Below, in pieces: positions 53,963-64,000 of a stretch of DNA of 64,000 nt. The translations under genes were made by a program, and so were the position numbers. Under the pieces are notes generated by a model. That model was not told the DNA's origin and searched no databases. It worked only from the letters and a program-made list of their open reading frames with translations. Every line of letters starts with the position of its first letter. The stretch's first letter is position 1. The DNA comes from Gammaproteobacteria bacterium (GTDB lineage: Bacteria; Pseudomonadota; Gammaproteobacteria; Steroidobacterales; Rariloculaceae), in contig JAJDWR010000030.1 in assembly GCA_022825505.1 (NCBI GenBank), positions 39,169 through 103,168 on the forward strand, in the 5' to 3' direction.

Positions 53963-56797
53963 CTACAGGCCGTAACGGAATCCGACCGTATAGAACCGGC
54001 CCATCTTGTCGAACTGGTTGAAACTGCCTTGCGCGCAGAAGCCTTGTTGGCAGTTGGATTGCCCTGGCGGAGGATCGCGGTCGAAGAGATTGTTCACCGT
54101 TGCGAAGACCTCCAGCGCTTTTTCCTCGCCAAAGCGGTAGCGCGCCGTAAAGTTCGTATACCACGTCGGATCGACTTCGTTGAATTCGTCGACGATGGGT
54201 GCCCTGCTTGACCAGGGTACATTGCGCTCAACCCCGTGGATGTACCTTTGCTGCACGGCTGCAACAAAGGGCCCCCTCGAGTAATTCAGGTTCAGATTGA
54301 CATAGAGTCGCGGACGCTGCTGATAACCGACGCGGTTGAATCGTTCCTCTTCGAACCTGTACTGCAAATACTCATCCTGAACGGTTGCGACCAGCCGCGA
54401 GGCGAGCGTGCCACCGCCCAGCTCCGCGCGGTGCCGCAACGAGACATCGTATCCGGAGAGGCTGAAGTTCTGTACGTTGCCGAGAAGCGCAATGACCTCC
54501 GTGGGTTCGCCTGCCCGATTTCGGGTGATCAAGTCGCAGACTGGCCCCACGCCGCCACCGGCGTGGCATTCGAAAAGCAGACTCTCAGCATCCACACCGC
54601 GAATCGAATTGTCGATCTCGATGTCGTAGTAGTCCACTGCCAGGCTGAAATCCTGCAGGAATTCCGGAGACCAGATCAACCCGGCGGAGAATGTATCTGC
54701 CTCCTCGGACAGCAATTCGGGATTCGAGCCCGAAACAAGGATGACGCCGCCCACTTCATAGCCCACCGCAGGATCGTAAAATCGTTGGGCCCGGGTCGTC
54801 TGATCCCCATACAGCTCCGAAATATTGGGTGCTCGAATATCGCGGGAGCTTGAAACCCGCAGGCGAAAACCGCCGCCAAAATCGTTTGTGAGGCCCGTTT
54901 TCCAGGTTGTCACCGTTCCGCTCGCACTATGATCCGTGCGTCGAATTGCGGCGTTGATATCGAGCTGTCGAAAAATGGGAACGCCTTCCACAAGCGGCAC
55001 CAGGGCCTCTGCAAACAGTTCCGAGGTATCGAACGCGCCCCGATTGCCCGTGCGGTTTGCATCCTGAAAACCACGCACATCCGATATCGGGTCGTTTTCC
55101 GCTGCGGTCTGGACGTCTCTGAACTCAATGCCGGCTGCGGCCGAGATCGGGGCATATCCAAACGAGGGAAGGCCATGGTGATCCAGGCTGACTTCCAATA
55201 CTTTCTGCTCGGTTTCGGCTTGGGACCAGGCCGTACCGACCATGTAGGCACGCTGTGCGTCCGTGAGCGGGTTCGTGCCCATCGGGTTCCAGGGGACACA
55301 GCCATTGTTCGGGTCGCTCAAGGTCGATCGACAGGTAATTGTGCCGCCGGAGTCAACCGCATCGGTCGCCAGAAGAATATGGTCCGAGATGACCAGATTT
55401 TCCGATCGCTGCGCCAAGTCAGCTTTTGAGTACGCGTAATAGGCTGAAACGGCGGAATCCTCGTTGAGCTGATAATCGAATCCGAAAGTTGCCGCCGATA
55501 CCGTTTGCTCGGCCACGCCGAGAATGCGCCCGATCTCGGAGGAAATCTTGCCGAGGTTGAAAGAGGCAAGTCTGCGTTGCCTCATCGTCGCGGCCATTGC
55601 GGGATCCAGAAACGCGTTGTCGTTCCGAATCACGAACTCATTGCGCGTGACGGACGAATTTGCCGCTGATCGTCCCCGATATTCGGAAAAGGTTTCTGCT
55701 GTGGCAACTTCTCCGAAAATTGTGAAGTCTTCCGACAGATCGTAGTCCAGATGCGCGAAAAAACTGTCCTGCGCGTTCTCGGCAACGAGATCGCCAACGT
55801 ACCAGGCGCCGTCCCCGCCAACGGACAGGGGGCTGGGCGGAGCGGCAGGCATGCCGGGATCGAAGGGAATCAGGGAACCGTCTGCAGCGAACTGCATATT
55901 CTCGAAGGGGTTGGCGGGACCGTCTGTGCCACCCATGCCGCGGCCACCTCCGGGTCGACCCCCGCCGCCGCCGCCCATGGCGCTGGCAGCAGTCACAGAG
56001 GTTATGACGCCGGTCTCGGTAGCGACGCGCAATCTCACGTCATCGGTAAAGCGGAATCTCTCTTCCCCATCGAGAAGCGCGGAGACTCTGTTGGAATTCG
56101 CCCAATCCCGGTTCTCCGCCTCGACGCGGTCGCGGGCACGCGTTCTGGCGCTCAGGAGCAGGTGACCGTTGCCGTCTGCAAAGGACGTTCCAAAGGCGAT
56201 ATCGCCAATCATCGAATTGCCATCGCCGGCTGCCGAGGTGCCGCCGGAGAGATTGACCTTGAGGCCCTCGTAGTCGGTGTCCAGAATGTAGTTCACCACT
56301 CCGGCCACGGCATCCGATCCATAGACGGCCGAGGCGCCGCCGGTCACTACATCGACCCGCTGCACCAGGTTGAGGGGCAGGACGTTGGCATCGGAAACAC
56401 CGGTTGCCCCATTGATGGCAAGTCGGCGCCCATTGACCATGGTCAGCGTTCTGACGGCGCCCAGATTCCGCATGCTGGCTTGCGACCCCGTACTGGGAGG
56501 CTGGTCGAGCGCCCTGCTGAGCGATTGCTCGGAACTCGAACTCACGAGCTGCGGCAGTTGGCGCACCGCATCGACGATATTGGGATTGATGTTCAGCAAC
56601 TCCTCGCCCGTAACGACAGTCACCGGTGTTGGCGCACTGGTTCCGTCTATCTCCAGCCGCGTGCCGGTGATGACGATTTCCTCAATCTCGAGTCCCGCGG
56701 CGCCGTCCGCAGACTGTGCGAGCAAAGACCCGGGCGCAACAAAAAGCAATAGAGAAACAAGTCCGGAGAACTTGTTCAATTTCGGTAAATTATTCAT
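53963..56797 (-). CDS. TonB-dependent receptor (TBDR3)
   Basis: Signal peptide ...GSLLAQS. Plug IEEIVITGTRLE...MRNLG...MVNGRR...VDVVTGGASAVYGSDAVAGVVNY. Barrel ends FRYGL. ATG at 56795-56797 preferred over GTG at 56812. Confidence 0.92.
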   Translation of the reverse strand: MNNLPKLNKFSGLVSLLLFVAPGSLLAQSADGAAGLEIEEIVITGTRLEIDGTSAPTPVTVVTGEELLNINPNIVDAVRQLPQLVSSSSEQSLSRALDQPPSTGSQASMRNLGAVRTLTMVNGRRLAINGATGVSDANVLPLNLVQRVDVVTGGASAVYGSDAVAGVVNYILDTDYEGLKVNLSGGTSAAGDGNSMIGDIAFGTSFADGNGHLLLSARTRARDRVEAENRDWANSNRVSALLDGEERFRFTDDVRLRVATETGVITSVTAASAMGGGGGGRPGGGRGMGGTDGPANPFENMQFAADGSLIPFDPGMPAAPPSPLSVGGDGAWYVGDLVAENAQDSFFAHLDYDLSEDFTIFGEVATAETFSEYRGRSAANSSVTRNEFVIRNDNAFLDPAMAATMRQRRLASFNLGKISSEIGRILGVAEQTVSAATFGFDYQLNEDSAVSAYYAYSKADLAQRSENLVISDHILLATDAVDSGGTITCRSTLSDPNNGCVPWNPMGTNPLTDAQRAYMVGTAWSQAETEQKVLEVSLDHHGLPSFGYAPISAAAGIEFRDVQTAAENDPISDVRGFQDANRTGNRGAFDTSELFAEALVPLVEGVPIFRQLDINAAIRRTDHSASGTVTTWKTGLTNDFGGGFRLRVSSSRDIRAPNISELYGDQTTRAQRFYDPAVGYEVGGVILVSGSNPELLSEEADTFSAGLIWSPEFLQDFSLAVDYYDIEIDNSIRGVDAESLLFECHAGGGVGPVCDLITRNRAGEPTEVIALLGNVQNFSLSGYDVSLRHRAELGGGTLASRLVATVQDEYLQYRFEEERFNRVGYQQRPRLYVNLNLNYSRGPFVAAVQQRYIHGVERNVPWSSRAPIVDEFNEVDPTWYTNFTARYRFGEEKALEVFATVNNLFDRDPPPGQSNCQQGFCAQGSFNQFDKMGRFYTVGFRYGL

Positions 56798-56897
56798 TCC
56801 TGACTTCCCCACTCGCGGCGTCGTTCGACTTGCCCGTACCAGACCTGCAACAACCGTAACCGAGAATTACCTTAAGTTGTATTGCAGATGATCAAAC

Positions 56898-56921
56898 CCT
56901 ATTATTGGAAACATTAATAGG
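56898..56921. promoter_or_regulatory. inverted repeat CCTATTA-N10-TAATAGG upstream of TBDR3
   Basis: 7-bp perfect arms in the AT-rich region about 100 nt upstream of the TBDR3 start. Shares the CTATTA/TAATAG half-site with the 47110 palindrome. Confidence 0.35.
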
Positions 56922-56982
56922 ATTGCCAGGAGGCTGAGCGGCAGGAACTTGCAGCCGTGAATTGCTGCGGTGCAGCCGCCTA

Positions 56983-58545
56983 CTAGGCTTGGTTCCGCAG
57001 GCGCCGCAACAGCCATTCGGCCAACAGCGCCGCACCGGCGAGTGCGAACAGCAGCCAGAACAAGCGCTCATCGGGTGTGAACGCCGATTGTCTGTCGCCT
57101 GTGCCGAGATCGCCCGGTTGCGGCGGGCCGAAGGCAGCGTGCCATGCAGCCAGCGGTGCGGGGTCCGCCCGGAGAGCCCGCTCAGGGAGCAAAGCGTGCT
57201 CGCCGCGTGGAGCATGGGCCACACTGCTGACCAGGCCCGCGAACCAGGCGCGGTATGCCTCGGGCGCGGTCTCGTCCGGCGCCGACATCTGCCAGCGCCA
57301 GATGTCGGCATAGCCGACCTGCGTCACCCGCCCGTCACCGCGGCGGACGATGGCTACCGCCACGGACTCGCCGCGCCGCTCGAGCACGTGCGCCGCCGGG
57401 ACCAGATCGGTCAGCGGGTGCAGCTCCAGCCTGTCGCGCGGGTTCCGCGCAGGGCCGGCTCCGGTGTCCTGGGCACCCGGTAAATCCTGAAAGGGTTGCG
57501 CTTCCTCAACGACGCCACTGGCCCCTGCCGGCAGTAACGTCGCCAGCCCCGGTGTGTCGGTTGCATCGGCGAAAGCGAGCAGCCCTCCGCCCGACTCGAC
57601 ATAGGCGGCAAGCACCTCGGCCGGCTCGGTGGCGGTCTCGTCCAGCAGCAGAACCGCCGAGTAATTCTCGATGTCGATCTCCGGCCGAAGTACGCCCGGA
57701 TCAACCGGTGCGCCGATTGCTTCGGGCGCTCCCTGTGCGGCGCCGCCCCTCGCTGTACCGCCCGCTGCTGCACCGCCCCGGCCCGCACCGGCCCGTGCTG
57801 TGGCGTCCCGGCCGCCGCGAGCCTGGGCGGCCTGGGGCTGAGGGCTTTGCGCCGGCATCTGGCCAGCCACCTGCTCCGGGGAAAGTACCAGCCGTGCGTC
57901 CACCTGCCAGCCGTGTTCCTCCAGTGCCGCCGCGGTGAAGCGCGCTTCCCACGACGCGTGACCGAGCAACAGCAGCGGCTTCAGCGTGAGGTTGTCGCGC
58001 CGGTTCGCGACTGCTTCCGCCTGCGGGGTCTGCAACAACACGGCGCCGGCCAGGGACGGACGAATCAAGGTGGACGAGTCTTGCAGGGAGGCAACGGGCT
58101 CGGTCACCATGGGGTCGGCAGAAAGCCTTTCCAGAACTTCGCCGGCGGTCGCCGAGCCCAGGGCAGCCCATATCCGCATCGGCTGGTGCGGATCGGCAAC
58201 CGGTTCGACCGCCAGCCCCAGCGGCGGAAGCGCTTCTGCACCGGAGTTGCCCCAGACAACTTCGGTTCCCGCCGCATTCAATGCCGTCAGCCAGGCCCGA
58301 TCCTGAGCTTCGGGAAGCATGTCCAGACGGACCGACAGTTCCGACGGCGGGAAACGCGTCCATTCCTGCAGGCGGTTGGGCAGGTCCGAGGCATCCACCG
58401 GGCCTCCGGGGCGCGCGCCCTGTCCAAGCAGCATCGATACTGCCGCGGCAACCATCGCTGCGATGGCCACGGCGTGCAGGCCGTGCTCGATCCACCGCCG
58501 CATTGGGTGGTTCGAGAAAGCCAGGGATGTACTGGATTGGGTCAC
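56983..58545 (-). CDS. membrane-anchored hypothetical protein, last gene of the MoxR/DUF58 operon (possible GATase1-like/ThuA-like core)
   Basis: N-terminal TM (HAVAIAAMVAAAVSMLLG) and C-terminal TM (FWLLFALAGAALLAEWLL). GTG start 4 nt after the DUF4159 stop. The ATG at 58503 is an alternative. Confidence 0.68.
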   Translation of the reverse strand: MTQSSTSLAFSNHPMRRWIEHGLHAVAIAAMVAAAVSMLLGQGARPGGPVDASDLPNRLQEWTRFPPSELSVRLDMLPEAQDRAWLTALNAAGTEVVWGNSGAEALPPLGLAVEPVADPHQPMRIWAALGSATAGEVLERLSADPMVTEPVASLQDSSTLIRPSLAGAVLLQTPQAEAVANRRDNLTLKPLLLLGHASWEARFTAAALEEHGWQVDARLVLSPEQVAGQMPAQSPQPQAAQARGGRDATARAGAGRGGAAAGGTARGGAAQGAPEAIGAPVDPGVLRPEIDIENYSAVLLLDETATEPAEVLAAYVESGGGLLAFADATDTPGLATLLPAGASGVVEEAQPFQDLPGAQDTGAGPARNPRDRLELHPLTDLVPAAHVLERRGESVAVAIVRRGDGRVTQVGYADIWRWQMSAPDETAPEAYRAWFAGLVSSVAHAPRGEHALLPERALRADPAPLAAWHAAFGPPQPGDLGTGDRQSAFTPDERLFWLLFALAGAALLAEWLLRRLRNQA

Positions 58546-58549
58546 TGGG

Positions 58550-59161
58550 TCACCGCGTCAGAGCGTAGACGATGAGGTTCAGGCCGAAGCGGGTCGGGTC
58601 CAGCGACATGAACCGTTTCGTGTCGGGCCGCAAGTCCCATTCCGAGGAATAGTCCTTGTTGCTGTAGAGCAGGCAGATTCGCCCGTTGCGGGTGATCGCG
58701 AACAGTTCTTCGTGGATCAATTGATCGCCCCAACCGTTCAGTTCGTGGCTGGTGGTCGGCGGGCCGTCCTCGAACTCGAAGAAGCAGGTGTAGATCTCGT
58801 GATCGTTGGGCACGGTCTCCAGCGGGCCGAAGGTGCGGTTGATCTCCTCGACGACGCTGAGGTGAAAGGCCCCTTCGATGTCGTGGTTGTGATCGTCGAT
58901 GACGAAGAAGCCGCCGCGGTCGACGTAGCGCCTGAGGTTGGCGCGCTCGCGCTCGGTGAAACGCACAGGGAAATGCCCGGTCAGCCAGACGAAGGGATAC
59001 TCGAACAGCTCTTCGCTGCCCAGTTCGACAATCACCCCGGCGGGCGCGCAATCGATGGTCGTGTACTTCGCCATCAGGTCGAGCAGTGCGGCGGGCAGGT
59101 TCGGCGCGCTCTCCCAGTCGCCGGATTCGTATTTCGCGGTGGCAAAGATGAACCTCTTCAT
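58550..59161 (-). CDS. DUF4159 domain protein
   Basis: 203 aa. YPFVWLTGHFPVRFTERERANLRRYVDRGGFFVIDD is the characteristic DUF4159 core. ATGA overlap with the upstream gene. Confidence 0.85.
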   Translation of the reverse strand: MKRFIFATAKYESGDWESAPNLPAALLDLMAKYTTIDCAPAGVIVELGSEELFEYPFVWLTGHFPVRFTERERANLRRYVDRGGFFVIDDHNHDIEGAFHLSVVEEINRTFGPLETVPNDHEIYTCFFEFEDGPPTTSHELNGWGDQLIHEELFAITRNGRICLLYSNKDYSSEWDLRPDTKRFMSLDPTRFGLNLIVYALTR

Positions 59162-61119
59162 TCGGACCTCCCCGGGAGCGGCGCCCAGCCGCTCAGGCCC
59201 ACCTCAACCTGCGCCGGCCCCTCCAGCACCGCGCGGGCCTCGGCCAACGCCGGCCCCAGGCTCTCTCCCTGGCGAAGCGCCCGGGACAAGCCCTCCAATG
59301 CCGCGGCGGCCTCGGGAAGGTCCCTGAGTGCCGCGACCTGCATCAGGGCGACGTGCTCGTCGAGCCACTCCGCCGTCGCATCCAGGTTGCCGGACAGCAC
59401 GGCAAGCTGCGCCGCGAGTTGCTGCCGGACGCTGTCCTCCCGCTCGCGCTGGCTGCGGACGGTGGCATGGACCGGCTCCTCTCCCGTCATGCGTACCTCG
59501 TCCACTTCGGCATGGGCGGGCAGCATTTCGCCGCGCAGGAAATAGCGCGTAAGGTTGAACAGCGTCATCAGCGCGTCATAGGCGTTCCGCATGTGGACGA
59601 GCGCATCGTCGGTCTCGGCGATGGTCATCTGGCGGTTGGCTTCCCACATCTCGTCCAGCGCAAAGAGCAGCAGTTCGGGCACGTTGAAGGACCCGCCCAC
59701 GCTCGCTTCGTCCACAAAGCCCTGGACTTTCACGCGTATGTTCCCGGTGTGCATGAGCAACGGCGCGACCTCGGCCAGAAACACGGCGCGTTCCAGCTCC
59801 GGCCGCCGCGCCTCGAGCCGTTCGGTATCGCGAATCAGCATTCGCAGCGACATCAGGGATTCGTCAATCGGCGGCGGCGCGGGATTGATTTCCACATCCG
59901 CCTCCGGGATGTCGCGCAGAAAGCGGATGGTGCGGGTCTCGGAATAGCCGATCCCCGGCCCGGTGACATCGTTGACATCCTGCACCACGGCGCGCACCAA
60001 AATCTGGTCGCCCGGATTGAGGTTGAAGTTCCCCAGTTCCGTGGTGCCGCGCAGCTCGGCCTCGGCCGTGTCGAACGGCCTCTGGAACAGGCGTTCCTCG
60101 CTGAAGCCGTAATCGCCGCTTTCCGGGCCGCGGGCGACGAGAACCTCGAACCAGCCGGCGGCGAGGCCGATGTCGTCCCGCAGGCTCGCCGCAAGTTCCA
60201 GCTCGCCTGTGGTCTCCCGACGCTCCGCGTCGACCTCGGGCAGGGTCAGACGGACCTGCGGCGCCTCGTCCGGCCGCGGCTCCAGTACGATGACCCGGCG
60301 GTTGTCGCCATCGGTCAGGAGCAAGCCGCTGGGCAGGGCGGGCATCGCGAAGCCCAGCACCCAGCCGGAACGTTGCGGTGCTGCGTCCAGGCGCAACGGG
60401 TCGCCGTCGCCGATCCGCGCCTCGATTCCCCGCGTATCCTCTCCCTCTCCGCGAAGGGACACCTGCGATCCCACCAGCCCGCCGATCCGCTCGGGGTTGT
60501 CGAGCACCTCGGTCGGCCAGCCGGTATAGGCGGGCGGCGTCAACTCACCCTGCAGCACGGCAATCCGGTTGCCTGGCGCCCGCTGTCCGGGAACCGCTGC
60601 GCCGCCAGATACGAAGGCCCAGTTGTAGGTCCAGCCCGTGGCCAGGAGAATCTGCGCCAGCACGGCGGCAAATGCCAACGGCGCGACGGCCCGCAGCACA
60701 TGCCACCCGACACCGGGCAGCGACAGTGCCGCAGGCCAGCCTGCACGGCTGCGCACCGACTGGACCCGCTGCGCGATTTTTTCGGCGTAGGAGCTGTCCC
60801 TGGCGCTTCCATCCGCCAGGGTCACAAGTGAGTATCCCAGCTCGGGGATCTGCTCCTCCAGCCACAGCGCCACCCTGAGTGAGCTGCGCGCATGACGGTG
60901 CCGCCAAAGCACCACGCCCACCACGGCAGCCGCGGCCGGAAGCAACAGCAGGTTCAGCCACTCGGCGATGGACGGCAGCAGGGGCCGAAGCAGCGCCGAG
61001 AGCGTCAGCATCAGCCAGACAACGCCCGCCGCCGACAACAGGGAGATCATCGCCGCGCGCAGGAGCAGGCCGCGCCGGGTCTTTCGGAGAATGGCGAGAT
61101 CGTGGGATGCGGTAGTCAT
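59158..61119 (-). CDS. large membrane protein of the MoxR/DUF58 operon, function unknown
   Basis: 653 aa. Two N-terminal TM helices followed by a long soluble region. ATGA overlaps at both ends. Confidence 0.72.
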   Translation of the reverse strand: MTTASHDLAILRKTRRGLLLRAAMISLLSAAGVVWLMLTLSALLRPLLPSIAEWLNLLLLPAAAAVVGVVLWRHRHARSSLRVALWLEEQIPELGYSLVTLADGSARDSSYAEKIAQRVQSVRSRAGWPAALSLPGVGWHVLRAVAPLAFAAVLAQILLATGWTYNWAFVSGGAAVPGQRAPGNRIAVLQGELTPPAYTGWPTEVLDNPERIGGLVGSQVSLRGEGEDTRGIEARIGDGDPLRLDAAPQRSGWVLGFAMPALPSGLLLTDGDNRRVIVLEPRPDEAPQVRLTLPEVDAERRETTGELELAASLRDDIGLAAGWFEVLVARGPESGDYGFSEERLFQRPFDTAEAELRGTTELGNFNLNPGDQILVRAVVQDVNDVTGPGIGYSETRTIRFLRDIPEADVEINPAPPPIDESLMSLRMLIRDTERLEARRPELERAVFLAEVAPLLMHTGNIRVKVQGFVDEASVGGSFNVPELLLFALDEMWEANRQMTIAETDDALVHMRNAYDALMTLFNLTRYFLRGEMLPAHAEVDEVRMTGEEPVHATVRSQREREDSVRQQLAAQLAVLSGNLDATAEWLDEHVALMQVAALRDLPEAAAALEGLSRALRQGESLGPALAEARAVLEGPAQVEVGLSGWAPLPGRSE

Positions 61120-62321
61120 GGGCTATCCCCCGTGAGCTCCCGGCGGTCGGCGAGCACGCGGCGCAGCGCGGGTTCCGCGAGGGCCAGCACGATAGCGAGC
61201 AGCAGCACCCAGGGTGCCGCCGGCGTGATGCGTATTTCGGTTTCTTCCGGGTCTACCTCCTCGGCCGATTCAGGGTCCGATTGCAACAACCGTGCAAGTT
61301 CCATGTCGTCCACCGGAGTCACGCCGGAGTGCACTCGCGCAGGGTCATCGAGCCAATCGTGAAACCTCTCGAACGAGGGGCGCAGGGCGACATTGTCCTC
61401 ATCCGAAATGGCGAAGCCCAGGAAGGTACGGCGTACCCCGTCCTCGATCCGCTCGACTGCGGCGGGGGCGCCGTCAAGCCAGTTGGCAATCACTCGCAGA
61501 CCCGGTGCGTCCGGGTCGGCAAGCTGCCATTTGCGCTCGAACGGGGCGATGAGCGTTGCAACAGGCGTCAGCATACCTTCGGCACGGTCAGGCGCGGCGC
61601 GCAGTTGCCAGGGGCTTTCGCCGGAAGGGCCCGCCGCCCCGTCCCAGTGCAGGGTCAGGGATGTGGCGCCCAGGACCTCGGTCATGTCGGCGGCTTCGGC
61701 AGCCGGAACGCGTAGCGTTTCGAGCGGCCCCGGCCACAATGTGCGGAGCCTGTTCGTGGCCGCATCGAAGCCGGCCAGCGGGAAGGGCGAGAGGATCGTC
61801 AGGCTTACTGTCTCGGCCTGGTTCTTCAGCAGCTCGCCTTCGCGGATTGCGGCGGCAAGCGCCGCCGAAAGGTTGCCGGCGAGAGCCAGTGGTGCGGAAT
61901 CCCCGGCGGCAAACGCCGCATCCAGTGCGTCGGCCTCGATTCGGCGCGGAGCCTCGGCGTACGCGATCACGGTATCGGCGCCGGCTGCGGCCTCGTCGAC
62001 GCGCTCGCGCCAGGCGTCGTCCCTGGCCACCGCGGCAGAGACATCCACGAGTACGACACGCGCCTCGCTGTCCGGCGCCACCCAGAATGGCTGCGCCAGC
62101 GCGAGGCCCAACAGCAGCACGATGGCCAGGCGCAGCAGGAGCAGTTTCACGTCGCTGAGGCGAAAGTTGAGTTCGGCCGCGATCACTTCGCGCTCAGGCA
62201 CGAAACGCAACGTGGGGAAGGGCACGGGCTCGCGCAGCTCCCACGAGATCAGATGCAGCGCGGCAACGCCGGCGGCAACGCCGCACGAAGCCCAGAAGAA
62301 CCACGGGTACAGCAGGCTCAT
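61116..62321 (-). CDS. BatA_N (aerotolerance regulator N-terminal) domain membrane protein, no obvious VWA domain
   Basis: MSLLYPWFFWASCGVAAGVAALHLISWELREPVPFPTLRFVP matches the BatA N-terminal TM pattern. The ATG at 62321 overlaps the DUF58 stop (ATGA). Confidence 0.8.
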   Translation of the reverse strand: MSLLYPWFFWASCGVAAGVAALHLISWELREPVPFPTLRFVPEREVIAAELNFRLSDVKLLLLRLAIVLLLGLALAQPFWVAPDSEARVVLVDVSAAVARDDAWRERVDEAAAGADTVIAYAEAPRRIEADALDAAFAAGDSAPLALAGNLSAALAAAIREGELLKNQAETVSLTILSPFPLAGFDAATNRLRTLWPGPLETLRVPAAEAADMTEVLGATSLTLHWDGAAGPSGESPWQLRAAPDRAEGMLTPVATLIAPFERKWQLADPDAPGLRVIANWLDGAPAAVERIEDGVRRTFLGFAISDEDNVALRPSFERFHDWLDDPARVHSGVTPVDDMELARLLQSDPESAEEVDPEETEIRITPAAPWVLLLAIVLALAEPALRRVLADRRELTGDSP

Positions 62322-63202
62322 GACAGCCAACCGACGATGCGCCGCACGGCAACCGCCGGCGGCTCCGACGTCTGCACCAGCGTAAAGTCCGCGCCGCGCC
62401 GCCGGAAACGCCTGGCGAGATCCGCCCGCCAGGCGCCGAAGCGGTTTCGATATTCGCCAAGGCCCGTGGCATCGAAGTTTCGCCGGTACGACGGGTCTTC
62501 GACATCGAAGAGGGCGCGCGCCCTGCGCTCCGGAGCGAGTTCTTCCTGTGCAACGACATGAATCGCGAGCACCTCACCGCCCCGTTCGACAATCTCGCCC
62601 GTCAAGGCGATCAGGCGGGCGATTTCGGCTTCTTCCCCGAGGAAATCGCCGATGACGACAAGCCGGTGTTGTGCACGGGGCGTGTGAGGCAATCGATACG
62701 CAGCGCTTCCGCCGGGCGTAACGCCCTGCAACAACCGCGCCACGGTGTGCAGCGTGCCTGGCCGGCCTTCCATCGGAAGCGTGATGTCGCCCGAGCTGTC
62801 CTTTACGGTCAAGCCGACCGGATCGCCGGCAGCCCGCGCCGCCGCCGCGAGGCCAAGGGCGATCTGCCGGGCCTGACGCCACTTGCCCTGCGTAGCCACG
62901 GGCCAGCCCATGGATGCGGAGGCATCGAGACAGAACAGGGTAGGGGTCCGGCTGTAATCCTGCGCAAGCCGGATATAGGCGCGGTCCGTTCGCGCCAGCA
63001 GCTTCCAGTCGATGCGCCGCACCTCGTCGCCCTGACGGTAGGGCCGGTATTCGTTCAGCTCGGCGGACGGTCCCAGGTAGCGCGACACGTGCGCGCCGCT
63101 CACGGTCCGCCGGGGAGGGCGTGCCGCCTGCCAGCGCAACCCCCGCACCGCATCCAGAAGACGGCCGTCTTCGGGGTCGAGCCGGTGAGCAGGCTCCGCC
63201 AT
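62318..63202 (-). CDS. DUF58 domain protein
   Basis: 294 aa. YRPYRQGDEVRRIDWKLLARTD is the DUF58 signature. Directly follows MoxR. Confidence 0.88.
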   Translation of the reverse strand: MAEPAHRLDPEDGRLLDAVRGLRWQAARPPRRTVSGAHVSRYLGPSAELNEYRPYRQGDEVRRIDWKLLARTDRAYIRLAQDYSRTPTLFCLDASASMGWPVATQGKWRQARQIALGLAAAARAAGDPVGLTVKDSSGDITLPMEGRPGTLHTVARLLQGVTPGGSAAYRLPHTPRAQHRLVVIGDFLGEEAEIARLIALTGEIVERGGEVLAIHVVAQEELAPERRARALFDVEDPSYRRNFDATGLGEYRNRFGAWRADLARRFRRRGADFTLVQTSEPPAVAVRRIVGWLS

Positions 63203-63205
63203 GGA

Positions 63206-64000
<795 letters not shown>

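Noticed and set aside
59353-60831. 492-aa ORF on the + strand, and similar long + strand ORFs at 57847..62385
   Set aside because: They are antisense to the tightly coupled minus-strand operon and have shadow-ORF composition.

Overview
High-GC chromosomal segment from a Gram-negative bacterium rich in TonB-dependent receptors (TBDRs), probably a marine or sediment proteobacterium. The taxon was not determined. I call about 50 protein-coding genes. By eye I found no rRNA, tRNA, CRISPR array, transposase or integrase. Recognisable metabolism and housekeeping genes: a partial HIBADH-like dehydrogenase, alanine dehydrogenase with a divergent Lrp/AsnC regulator, single-chain pyruvate carboxylase, an MFS transporter, homogentisate 1,2-dioxygenase plus aldehyde dehydrogenase plus an FAH-family hydrolase, two LysR regulators, a ThDP enzyme, a Cys-type arylsulfatase with a DASS-like permease, and an O-methyltransferase. 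There are two small toxin-antitoxin pairs (MNT/HEPN and DUF4258/DUF2283-HTH). A six-gene MoxR-DUF58-BatA_N-...-DUF4159 operon, translationally coupled, runs off the right edge. The most unusual content is a large set of exported paralogues of unknown function. (i) Seven proteins share an N-terminal module in which the predicted signal-peptide cleavage site is followed directly by His-His and later by an invariant (N/S)PH. (ii) Six copies of a two-Cys domain carry a G(H/Y)S.GRW.GD motif, and one of them is fused to an MhpD-like hydratase domain. (iii) Three metallo-beta-lactamase (MBL)-fold hydrolases have an EF-hand pair inserted, and there is one decayed relic of a fourth. These families concentrate at 39.7-56.8 kb with three TBDRs and a PepSY-TM protein, in a block that encodes only envelope proteins. 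That block is my best candidate for an undescribed uptake and periplasmic processing system. Other structural oddities: a 64-bp direct repeat that duplicates a gene's 3' end and brackets a single cytochrome c/propeller gene; a 21-bp tandem repeat across the hmgA stop codon; a T-depleted spacer with 10-nt periodicity; and AT-rich palindromes upstream of TBDR genes. All family names come from reading motifs by eye, not from database searches.
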